A stretch of DNA of 24,000 nt from Euzebya pacifica (GCF_003344865.1 NZ_CP031165.1:1469910-1493909), one strand, 5' to 3'. Counted from the first letter of the stretch, positions 1 to 7,783 are shown. The notes: generated from the sequence alone by a model not told the origin. Program-made: numbers and translations.

Positions 1-145
1 GGTCTCGAGCTTTCCTGGCATCTGGGCCCCCCTACCTCGTCACGATGCGGAATCGGAGCAATGTAGACCCCGGTGGTGGGGTCGCGCCACCACTTCTCGA
101 GCCTCCGCCCGGCGTCGTGTGGACGCCTTGGGTGCGGACACAACA

Positions 146-172
146 ACGGCCCGGCCGAAGGGGCCGGGCCGT
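146..172 (-). terminator. GC-rich hairpin, candidate intrinsic terminator of the secreted-protein gene
   Basis: Perfect 11-bp stem: acggcccggcc (146-156) pairs with ggccgggccgt (162-172), 5-nt loop. It lies 15 nt past the stop at 188-190. On the - strand it is followed by TGTTGTGT. Confidence 0.45.
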
Positions 173-187
173 CGAGCGCGCTGGTGG

Positions 188-736
188 CTAGCTGACGCGA
201 ATGTCCATGTCGTAGGTGCTGCCGGGCGAGGCGAACACGACGACCTCGACCATCAGGTACTTCACCGGGTTGGCCGCCGTGGTCTTGGTGGACGCCCACA
301 CGCTCTCCGCGTCGCCGGGGTTGTTGCCCGACTGATCGCCGGCCTGGTCGTAGATGTTGCCGTCGACATCGGAGTGGTAGACCCGCAGGTCGAAGTCCGC
401 GACCGGCACGGAGTAGTTGTCGATGACGACGGTCACATTCACCGTGTCGGTGATGGTCGGGTTGTCGGCGATCTCGGTGTCGGTCAGGCCACGAACGGCC
501 AGGAAGACGCGCTCGCACTGGGCCTCGGGCGTGCCCTCGCAGGAGTACTCAGTCGCGGTGCCGTCGAGGAAGAACGGGACGTTGGTGCCGACCTGCGGTT
601 CGCTGGTGAACGAGGCGGTCGTGTTGGTTTCGTCGTCCAGGTCGTAGCTCTGGGCGGGTTCGGGGGCGGCGCCCGCGGGGAGGGCGAGGGCGCCGATGAC
701 GAGGATGGCCATCAGGAGGGCCGGGAAGCGCTTCAT
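188..736 (-). CDS. Small secreted protein with a pre-peptidase C-terminal (PPC)-like beta-sandwich pattern
   Basis: An internal ATG at 736 is preceded by AAGGAG. The N-terminus MKRFPALLMAILVIGALALPAGAAP looks like a Sec signal peptide. The DFDLRVYHSDVDGN...YLMVEVVVF pattern resembles PPC domains. The upstream part of the 286 aa ORF looks non-coding. Confidence 0.7.
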   Translation of the reverse strand: MKRFPALLMAILVIGALALPAGAAPEPAQSYDLDDETNTTASFTSEPQVGTNVPFFLDGTATEYSCEGTPEAQCERVFLAVRGLTDTEIADNPTITDTVNVTVVIDNYSVPVADFDLRVYHSDVDGNIYDQAGDQSGNNPGDAESVWASTKTTAANPVKYLMVEVVVFASPGSTYDMDIRVS

Positions 737-917
737 GTCGTTTGTGCTCCTTGCAGAAGGTGATGAGGCGAGAGATGCACACATCCCCCGGGTGGCCATT
801 CGTTCGACACGCACCCCACGGTCTCCTGCACGTGAACTGAACTGGCTTCTGCGGGTGGTCGCGCTGGGTCCGAGCCGTCGGTTGTGGGCGGGCATGGCGC
901 ACCCCCGGGTCAGCCGC

Positions 918-923
918 GATAGT
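918..923 (+). promoter_or_regulatory. Possible -10 hexamer (GATAGT) for a leaderless ku transcript
   Basis: GATAGT ends 6 nt before the ku ATG at 930. There is no Shine-Dalgarno-like purine run in between. The -35 region (TGGCGC) is weak. Confidence 0.25.
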
Positions 924-929
924 GGGACC

Positions 930-1808
930 ATGCCGAGAACCCTGTGGAAAGGCACGTTGTCCTTCGGCCTGGTCACCATCCCGGTCGGGCTGTACACCGC
1001 GACGGAGAACAAGTCCCCGTCGTTCAACCAGCTGCGCCGCGGGGACAACTCGCGGATCGGCTACAAGCGCGTCGCCAAGGCCGACGACACCGAGGTCGGC
1101 TACGACGACATCGTGAAGGGGTTCGAGTACGAGAAGGACCGCTTCGTGGTCTTCGAGCCCGACGAGATCGCCTCGCTCCGCCCCAAGTCCAGCCGGGTCA
1201 TCGACATCGAGTCGTTCGTGCCGCTGGAGGAGATCGATCCGATCTACTTCGACAAGCCCTACTACCTGGGCCCCGAGGAGACCGGCGCGAAGGCCTATGC
1301 CCTGCTGTCGTCGGCGATGAAGGAGTCCGGCAAGGTCGCCCTGTGCCGCGTCACCATGCGCGACAAGGAGCACATGGCCGTCCTGCGGCTGGTCGAACGG
1401 CCCGGCACCGGAACCGAGGGGGATGACGACGCCGGCGACGACGAGCCGGTCCTGGTCCTCAACACCATGCACTGGCCCGACGAGATCAGGGAGTTCTCGC
1501 TGTCCGACGTGGGCATCGACGAGATCCCCGAGCCGCGCCAGGCCGAGGTCGACATGGCGCTGACGCTGATCGAGAACTACTCCGGCAGCTTCTCGCCCGA
1601 GGAGTACGTCGACACCTATCGCACCCGCGTGATAGACGCGGTCCAGGCCAAGGTCGAGGGCGAGGAGATCGCCGTGGTGGAGGAGGACGAACCTGCCTCC
1701 GTGCTGGACCTCATGGCGGCCCTCAAGGCGTCGGTGGAGTCCTCCAAGGGCGGCAAGTCCGATGCTGGCACGTCCGAGGACGCCGACGCCGACGCGAAGG
1801 CCTCCTGA
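930..1808 (+). CDS. ku: Non-homologous end joining protein Ku
   Basis: MPRTLWKGTLSFGLVTIPVGLYTAT..., IGYKRV, DKPYYLGP and LNTMHWPDEIR match the bacterial Ku core. The start was chosen at the internal ATG that aligns with Ku N-termini. Confidence 0.93.
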   Translation: MPRTLWKGTLSFGLVTIPVGLYTATENKSPSFNQLRRGDNSRIGYKRVAKADDTEVGYDDIVKGFEYEKDRFVVFEPDEIASLRPKSSRVIDIESFVPLEEIDPIYFDKPYYLGPEETGAKAYALLSSAMKESGKVALCRVTMRDKEHMAVLRLVERPGTGTEGDDDAGDDEPVLVLNTMHWPDEIREFSLSDVGIDEIPEPRQAEVDMALTLIENYSGSFSPEEYVDTYRTRVIDAVQAKVEGEEIAVVEEDEPASVLDLMAALKASVESSKGGKSDAGTSEDADADAKAS

Positions 1809-1811
1809 CCC

Positions 1812-2417
1812 ATGGCGCTCGTCCTCGTCCTCTGTTTCGTCGTCATCCCGCTGGTCGAGGTGACGGTGATCGGACAGGTCCAGGACCTGCTCGGCTGGCC
1901 CTACACCATCGCCATCCTGGTCGCGGACTCGATCCTCGGGGCGATGCTGGTCAAGCAGGAGGGCACCCGTGCCTGGCGTCGGTTCGGGGAGGCGCTGGCC
2001 GAGGCCAAGGCCCCGGCGTCGGAGGTCGTGGACGGCGCCCTGATCCTGTTCGGCGGGGCGTTGCTGCTGACGCCCGGGTTCGTGACCGACATCGTCGGCC
2101 TCGCCTGTGTGCTCGGGCCGACGCGCTCGTTGCTGAACCGGCTGCTCATCACACGCTTCGCGATCGCTTCCGGTCCGCTCGGGTCGATGTTCCTGCTGGG
2201 CAACCGGGGTCCGGTGGACGCCAACGCCGGCCGCAGGGAGCGGCGACGCGGTGGCCGACGCGGCCGGCGGGACAGCGACGCCGAGCCGCCGACGTCGCCC
2301 CCACCGCCGCGCAGCACCCCCGGGTCAGGCAGCGGCACGGGCTCCGAACCGCCGGACGTGATCGACGTCGAGGTGCTGGACGTTCGGCGCAACCCTCGCC
2401 GGCCCGAGGACGGATGA
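1812..2417 (+). CDS. fxsA: FxsA family membrane protein with a long disordered Arg/Pro-rich tail
   Basis: N-terminal pattern VIPLVEVTVIGQV...LLLTPGFVTDIVG is typical of FxsA/UPF0716. The gene starts 3 nt after the ku stop. Confidence 0.85.
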   Translation: MALVLVLCFVVIPLVEVTVIGQVQDLLGWPYTIAILVADSILGAMLVKQEGTRAWRRFGEALAEAKAPASEVVDGALILFGGALLLTPGFVTDIVGLACVLGPTRSLLNRLLITRFAIASGPLGSMFLLGNRGPVDANAGRRERRRGGRRGRRDSDAEPPTSPPPPRSTPGSGSGTGSEPPDVIDVEVLDVRRNPRRPEDG

Positions 2418-3454
2418 GCGACGAGGCCATCACCGCGGTCCAGGGCGGCGAACTGTTCGGGTTGGAGGGGCTGGGCTGGGACGCCGGCTGGGCCGACCTG
2501 CAGCACGACGCCGAGGTCGGCGCGGGCACCGACCCGCGCGCAGGGAGGATCGCCCGGACCCACCGGGTGGGCTTCGACGTGTTCACCCGTGCCGGCCGGC
2601 TGTTCGCGGTGACGAAGGCCCGTCAACGCGATCCGATGCGTGCGCCGGCGACGGGGGACTGGGTGGTCCTCGCCGACGTCGCCGACATCGACGAACCCGT
2701 CATCGCAGGCGTCCTGGATCGACGCTCTGCCGTGGTTCGGCGGGATCCGGCCGACCGTGCCGCCCCGCAGGTGCTCGCCGCCAACGCCGACGTCGTCGCC
2801 GTCGTGCAGGGCGCCGACCGGCCCATCAACCCCCGCCGGCTGGAGCGACAGCTGGCCGTCGCCCACGGCAGCGAGGCACGGGTGGTCGTCGTGCTCAGCA
2901 AGTCCGACCTGGACCCCGATGGCGATGTGGCCCGCCAGCTCCGACAGGCGGCCATCGGCCAGGAGGTACTCGTGACGGGCGCGAACAGCGGCGTCGGCAT
3001 CGACGAGCTCGATGCGATGACGGAGGGCTGTCGCACGCTGGTGCTGCTCGGTGAGTCCGGGGCCGGCAAGTCCTCGCTGGTCAACGCCGTGCTCGGCCAC
3101 GAGGCCACCGCCGTCGGTGTCGTGCGTGAGGGGGACAGCAAGGGTCGCCACACGACCACCCGGCGCACGTTGCTGCCGCTGCCGACCGGCGGTGCCCTGC
3201 TCGACACGCCGGGGGTGCGTGCCGTGGGACTGTGGCCGGGGTGGGCCGATCTCGATGCCGTCTTCCCCGAGATCGCCGAGGCCGCCGAGAGCTGCCGGTT
3301 CTCCGACTGCAGCCATCGACGCGAACCCGGGTGCGGGGTCACCGGCGCGGTCGAGGACGGGACGGTCCTGGCCGACCGGATCGAGGCATGGCGGGCGCTG
3401 GACGACGAGCTCGAGGCGACCCGGACCGAGGTCGAGCGCAAGGACTGGCGATGA
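2414..3454 (+). CDS. rsgA: Ribosome small-subunit-dependent GTPase A family (circularly permuted GTPase)
   Basis: Permuted G motifs: SKSD (G4), GESGAGKSS (G1), DTPG (G3). Zinc knuckle CRFSDCSHRREPGC. ATGA start/stop overlap with fxsA at 2414-2417. Confidence 0.9.
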   Translation: MSDEAITAVQGGELFGLEGLGWDAGWADLQHDAEVGAGTDPRAGRIARTHRVGFDVFTRAGRLFAVTKARQRDPMRAPATGDWVVLADVADIDEPVIAGVLDRRSAVVRRDPADRAAPQVLAANADVVAVVQGADRPINPRRLERQLAVAHGSEARVVVVLSKSDLDPDGDVARQLRQAAIGQEVLVTGANSGVGIDELDAMTEGCRTLVLLGESGAGKSSLVNAVLGHEATAVGVVREGDSKGRHTTTRRTLLPLPTGGALLDTPGVRAVGLWPGWADLDAVFPEIAEAAESCRFSDCSHRREPGCGVTGAVEDGTVLADRIEAWRALDDELEATRTEVERKDWR

Positions 3455-4452
3455 CCGACGGGGGAGCGGTGCCCGGCGGAACCGTGGTCGGCGGGCTGGA
3501 CCTGGACGAGCTGGCCCCCGCGCAGCGCCGCATGGTCGAGGGCCTCATGGCGGTGGGGACCCCACGACCACCCTTCGACCCCGAGCGTGCCGGACGCATC
3601 CGCGCCATGGTCGAGAGCCGCATCGCCGAGGCCGTGGAGGGACGGCCGGCCGACGCCCAGCGCGTCGTGCTCGGGAAGACCAAGCTGGACGCCCTGGGCT
3701 GCGACGGTCGTTACCTGGACATGCTGGCCACCCCGTTCGAGTGGTCGGCCCCGACGGTGCGTGGCCAGCTGGTCCACGGGTCGATCGAGCTGGACCACCA
3801 GACCGGCCGCCAGCACACGGTGGTCGACCTGATGGACGATTCGTGGGAGCAGTTCCGCCACTCCGGCGACTCCGCGCTGGCGTTCACCAGCGACCTCACG
3901 CACCTGGAGTCCGAACGCATGAAGGCCGACGCGGTCACCGCCGTGGAGGAGTTCCGCGCCGTGTTCCCTCCCCTCCCTCGATCGTGGTCCATGGTGTGGG
4001 AGCCCACGATCGCCGCCCGGTTCGGGGCGGGCGCGGTCACGGTGAAGGGCAAGCCGGACCTGGTGCTCGGACGCCCGCACCCCAACGAACGCCGGATGCT
4101 CCTCGCGGACCTGAAGACCGGGGCACGGTCGGGCAAGGACCGCGCCGACATGCGGATCTACGCCCTGCTGGCGACCCTGAAGTACGGCCAGGCCCCGTTC
4201 CGGGTTGCGACCGTCTACATCGACGAGGGGGCCTTCGAGCACGAGGACGTCACCGACGACGTGCTCGAGGCCGCCGCGCGGATGCTGGCCGAGCGACTGA
4301 ACACGGCGCTGCGGCTGACCGACCGCCCCGAGGCGGTCCACCTGACGGCGGGCCCGGCCTGTCGCTGGTGCGGGCTGGCCCCCACCTGTCCGGAGAAGCA
4401 GCGCTGGGACGACGAACGCGCCGACACGGCCGCGGAGGCCCTCCCCTTCTGA
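3451..4452 (+). CDS. PD-(D/E)XK nuclease, Cas4/AddB-like, with a 4-Cys cluster
   Basis: GKPDLVL...LLADLKTG gives the D...(D/E)xK motifs, followed by RIYALL. One N-terminal Cys (LGCDGRY) plus C-terminal CRWCGLAPTC gives the C...CxxCx5C pattern of FeS-containing Cas4/AddB nucleases. ATGA overlap with the rsgA stop at 3451-3454. Confidence 0.8.
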   Translation: MTDGGAVPGGTVVGGLDLDELAPAQRRMVEGLMAVGTPRPPFDPERAGRIRAMVESRIAEAVEGRPADAQRVVLGKTKLDALGCDGRYLDMLATPFEWSAPTVRGQLVHGSIELDHQTGRQHTVVDLMDDSWEQFRHSGDSALAFTSDLTHLESERMKADAVTAVEEFRAVFPPLPRSWSMVWEPTIAARFGAGAVTVKGKPDLVLGRPHPNERRMLLADLKTGARSGKDRADMRIYALLATLKYGQAPFRVATVYIDEGAFEHEDVTDDVLEAAARMLAERLNTALRLTDRPEAVHLTAGPACRWCGLAPTCPEKQRWDDERADTAAEALPF

Positions 4453-4463
4453 CGCCGGCCGAG

Positions 4464-4508
4464 CGCGTGTCGGGAAACTGCGGCGGGCGGCCCAGAATCC
4501 GACACGCG
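4464..4508. repeat. 45-nt palindromic intergenic element (copy A), probable bidirectional terminator
   Basis: cgcgtgtcgg (4464-4473) pairs with ccgacacgcg (4499-4508). The centre contains cgggcggccc. The same arms and core recur at 14626-14670 and 14699-14743. It lies between convergent stops at 4452 and 4516. Confidence 0.55.
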
Positions 4509-4515
4509 TCGTGGG

Positions 4516-5121
4516 TCAGGGGGCCTCGAGGACCGTGACGACGTCCTCGCCGTCGCGCTCGACGGTCAGCCGTCCACCGCCCAGGCGAACCCGACGACGG
4601 GCGAGCTCGACCCAGGGGCCGTCCTCGCGGCCGTCGCGGGTCACCACGGTCATGCGCAGGCGGCCGGGTTCCCCCGCGGCGTCGAGCCGTCGCAGCGACC
4701 CGCCCCGCATGACCGCGTCGGCCACGACGTCGTGACAGGCGTGCACGATCCCCTCCACCACCACCGTGGGCAGCTCGGTCGGGGCGGTCACGCGCATCTC
4801 GAGCCCCTGTTCGGGGTCGGCCGCACGCTCGAAGGTGTCCTGCAGGTGCAGCTCGAACGCGTCGGCCTCGAGCGGGACCCGCGTCACGGCCCACATGATG
4901 TCGCGGGACAGCTGGCCACCGGTCGAGACCGCGCTCAGCCCCTTGTCGAACATCGGACCGGACCCGCCGGAGGACTCCAGCAGCAGCCGAGCCGCCACGA
5001 GCTGCTGGACCGGGCGGTCGTGGAGGACCTGCGCAATCGTGGCCAGCAGGCCGTCGACCACCTCCAGCGGTACGCCAGCGCGATCGTCGCCCATCATGCG
5101 GTCTGTCGATCCCTGAGCCAT
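4516..5121 (-). CDS. Sensor-less histidine-kinase-like protein (HisKA_3-type H-box, degenerate ATPase domain)
   Basis: LHDRPVQQLVAARLLLE resembles the HisKA_3 H-box. The C-terminus RRRVRLGGGRLTVERDGEDVVTVLEAP resembles the end of HATPase_c. The N-box Asn and G2 box are not recognisable. The start is uncertain: 5121, 5097 or 5163 are all possible. Confidence 0.5.
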   Translation of the reverse strand: MAQGSTDRMMGDDRAGVPLEVVDGLLATIAQVLHDRPVQQLVAARLLLESSGGSGPMFDKGLSAVSTGGQLSRDIMWAVTRVPLEADAFELHLQDTFERAADPEQGLEMRVTAPTELPTVVVEGIVHACHDVVADAVMRGGSLRRLDAAGEPGRLRMTVVTRDGREDGPWVELARRRVRLGGGRLTVERDGEDVVTVLEAP

Positions 5122-5182
5122 GACCGGCCAGCATGACACATCGCGTGGGGCCCGACGGTGCATGCGCACCTGCACGGCCGGG

Positions 5183-6022
5183 ATGGCAGACTCCAGCCTC
5201 GTCATGCCCGATACCCCCGCTGCCGCATTCTTCGACCTCGACCGCACGCTCATGTCGGGTTCGTCCGCCTTCTACTTCGGCAAGGCGGCGTACCGCGAGG
5301 GCCTCTTGCCCATGAGCCGGCTGTTCGTCGACGGGTCCGCCGCGTTGATGTTCAAGCTCTTCGGCGCCAGCGACGAGCAGTCCGAGGCCATCCGCGACCG
5401 GATCCTCGCGACCGTCGCCGGGGTCGAGGCCCAGACGCTGACGTCGCTCGCGCCGCAGGTCATCGAGGAGCTGCTCCCGCAGATCCGTCCCGAGGCCGAC
5501 GCGCTGCTGGACATGCACCGCGAGGCCGGACGCGACGTCTACATCATCTCCGCCAGCCCCATCGAGATCGTCGGCGAGCTGGCCTCGGCGCTGGAGATCA
5601 CCGGCGGCCTGGGGACCCAGAGCGAGATCGTCGACGGCGTCTACACCGGACAGCTGGCCGCGCCGTTCTGCTACGGCGAGGGCAAGGCTGACGTCATCCG
5701 CCGCCTGGCCGCGGAGAAGGGCTACGACCTGGGGCGTTGCTACTCCTACTCCGACTCGGCGTCGGACCTGCCGATGATGCAGATCGTCGGTCATCCGGTG
5801 GCGGTCAACCCGGACCGGTCGCTGATGTCGATCGCCCACCGGCGGGGATGGCCGGTCGTGGAGTTCAACCGCACCCGCAAGCAGGTCACCCGCAGCGCCG
5901 CCGTGGGCCTGCTGGCCGCCACCACCGGTGCGGCCGGGGTGTACGCCGGCATCCGGATCGGCGAGGCCAACGTGCAGCGGACCGTGTCCCGCACGCTGGG
6001 CCTCGACGGCAAGCGCAGCTGA
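5183..6022 (+). CDS. HAD-IB family hydrolase (SerB-like phosphatase fold) with a C-terminal hydrophobic segment
   Basis: Motif I FFDLDRTL, motif II IISASP, motif III GEGKA, motif IV YSDSASDLP. The start could also be at 5204. Confidence 0.85.
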   Translation: MADSSLVMPDTPAAAFFDLDRTLMSGSSAFYFGKAAYREGLLPMSRLFVDGSAALMFKLFGASDEQSEAIRDRILATVAGVEAQTLTSLAPQVIEELLPQIRPEADALLDMHREAGRDVYIISASPIEIVGELASALEITGGLGTQSEIVDGVYTGQLAAPFCYGEGKADVIRRLAAEKGYDLGRCYSYSDSASDLPMMQIVGHPVAVNPDRSLMSIAHRRGWPVVEFNRTRKQVTRSAAVGLLAATTGAAGVYAGIRIGEANVQRTVSRTLGLDGKRS

Positions 6023-6039
6023 CCACCCTGACCGCCGCC

Positions 6040-7122
6040 ATGACCTCCCCGATCACCTACTCCCACCACCTGGTGGCCCTGACCGCCCGTGCACAGGCGG
6101 CCAACGCCCGGCTCGCCGGCGCCGACCCCGATCGTCGTGCGGCCCGTGTGGCCGTCGCCCGACCCCGCGCCGCGGCCCTGTCGGTCTGGCTGGACGGCAG
6201 CCCGCTGGAGGAGTCCACCGCTGCCGACGTCGACGCCGGACGGATCCCGCTGCTGGAGCAGCCGCCCACGCCGGTGACCGGCGGGTGGGCACGAGCCCTG
6301 CAGCTTGACGCCATGGAGACCCAGGAGGTCGCGGCCGTCGAGTACGCCAACCTCCGTCGGGTCGAGGACGTCGAGCACGAGCTGGCGGCCGCCGCGCTGG
6401 CCCACCCCCTGGACACCCTCGGACGGCTCCACGGCATCATCAGCCAGGGCCTCGTGCTGCCCGAGGTCATCGGTCGGTACCGCGTGACCGAGCAGGCGGT
6501 GCACGACGGCACCCAGGGGATGATGATCTACAGCGCCGCCGCGCCGGACGCGGTGCCTGCGGCGATGGAGGCGCTCGGTACCTGGATCAGCCGGCGGGCG
6601 ATCACCGTCCCGCCGGTGATCCTCGCGGGTGTCGTGCACGAACGGTTGCTGGAGCTGCAGCCCTTCGAGGCCGGCAACGGTCGGGTCGCACGGGCGTTCA
6701 CCCGCATCCTGCTGGTGGCCAGCGGCATCGACACGCATGGTGCTGCCGTCCTCGAGCAGCCGCTGGCCGACGACGCCGGCGCCTACTACGCCGAGGTCGC
6801 GGCGACCCTCCGGCGGCAGGGCGACCTGACCCGCTGGCTGGAACGCCACACCGCGGCCGTTGCCCTGGCGCTGGAGACCGCGGCCGATGCCGTCGATCCC
6901 GAACCCCGCCCGGCCCCGCCGGAACGCGGTCGCCCGACGGTGGAGGAGCTGCCAGCCCGCGGCGAGCTGACGGTCCGCGACTACGCCACCCGTGTCGGCG
7001 TCGACCTGCGCACCGCCATGGCCGACCTGCACGCCTTCGTCCGCGCCGGCGAGCTGGTCGACCTGCCCGGCGGCGGTGGCCTCCGCTTCGCCCGTCCCGC
7101 CGAACAGCCCGACCGGGGCTGA
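6040..7122 (+). CDS. Fic/DOC family protein (Fic_N + Fic + C-terminal winged helix) with a non-canonical QPFEAGNGRVAR motif
   Basis: The Fic core motif HxFx(D/E)GNGRxxR reads QPFEAGNGRVAR at 6658-6693. The N-terminal SVWLDGS resembles the Fic_N SxxIEG motif. The C-terminal LTVRDYATRVGVDLRTAMADLHAFVRAGELV looks like a wHTH. Confidence 0.8.
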   Translation: MTSPITYSHHLVALTARAQAANARLAGADPDRRAARVAVARPRAAALSVWLDGSPLEESTAADVDAGRIPLLEQPPTPVTGGWARALQLDAMETQEVAAVEYANLRRVEDVEHELAAAALAHPLDTLGRLHGIISQGLVLPEVIGRYRVTEQAVHDGTQGMMIYSAAAPDAVPAAMEALGTWISRRAITVPPVILAGVVHERLLELQPFEAGNGRVARAFTRILLVASGIDTHGAAVLEQPLADDAGAYYAEVAATLRRQGDLTRWLERHTAAVALALETAADAVDPEPRPAPPERGRPTVEELPARGELTVRDYATRVGVDLRTAMADLHAFVRAGELVDLPGGGGLRFARPAEQPDRG

Positions 7123-7135
7123 GGGCCACTCGCAG

Positions 7136-7783
7136 TCACACCAGGGGGCCCTCGTCGAGCAGGACCAGCTCGGAGGAGGTGAAGCGGTGCAGGGCTGCGG
7201 GACGGTGGGAGCCGCGGCGCATCCCCCCGGTTTCCTCCAGCAGGCCGAGCCCACGGACCTTCTTGCGGAAGTTCCGCTTGTCCAGCGCCATCCCGAGCAC
7301 GGCCTCGTAGACCTGCTGGAGCTCCGACATGGTGAACTCCTCCGGCAGCAGGCCGTAGGCGATGTTGGAGTACGACAGCTTGCTGCGGACCCGGTCCAGC
7401 GCCGCGTCGAGGATCCGGTCGTGATCCCACGCCAGGGGCTGCGGACGGTCCGTCGCCGACCGCCAGCGCCACTCCTCGCTGGGGGCGAACGGGCGGTGGA
7501 CCAGCGCGAGGTGGGTGACGCTGACCGTGCGCTGGTCGGGCATCCGGTCGGGGGCACCGAAGGACGCGACCTGCTCGACGTGACGGGGGTCGTGCAGCCC
7601 CACCTCGCCCATCACCCGCCGGGCGGCGTCGTCGAGGTCCTCGGCCTCCCCGAGCACGTCGCCGGGCAGCCGCGGGGGCCTCGTGTCGTGGAGGAGCGTC
7701 TGCACCGTCAGGTTGCCGGTCTCGTCGCCGCTGGCGGGGGAGAGGCTCAGCACCACCACGTCGACATGGACCCGGACCGTCAC
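7136..7783 (-). CDS. NrtR-like regulator (degenerate Nudix domain + C-terminal winged helix)
   Basis: The Nudix-box region LPGDVLGEAEDLDDAARRVMGEVGL lacks the REx2EE glutamates. The C-terminal LLPEEFTMSELQQVYEAVLG...DKRNFRKKV is typical of the NrtR DNA-binding domain. GTG start, 13 nt after the uvrD2 stop. Confidence 0.78.
   Translation of the reverse strand: MTVRVHVDVVVLSLSPASGDETGNLTVQTLLHDTRPPRLPGDVLGEAEDLDDAARRVMGEVGLHDPRHVEQVASFGAPDRMPDQRTVSVTHLALVHRPFAPSEEWRWRSATDRPQPLAWDHDRILDAALDRVRSKLSYSNIAYGLLPEEFTMSELQQVYEAVLGMALDKRNFRKKVRGLGLLEETGGMRRGSHRPAALHRFTSSELVLLDEGPLV

Noticed and set aside
1-21. A possible start of a - strand gene (ATG at 21, reading MPGKLET... out of the window), preceded by a G-rich RBS-like run.
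   Set aside because: Only 7 codons are visible, so the call cannot be supported from this window.
800-815. A GTTCGA half-site in the ku upstream region as a possible LexA/SOS box.
   Set aside because: The required partner half-site (TCGAAC, 4 nt upstream) is absent. No RecA-NDp-type motif (TGTCRGTG-N8-TANNNT) was seen either.
764-841. A 25-codon ORF (MRREMHTSPGWPFVRHAPHGLLHVN) in the ku upstream region.
   Set aside because: It has no RBS, no conservation evidence is available, and its composition is unremarkable. It is indistinguishable from a chance ORF.
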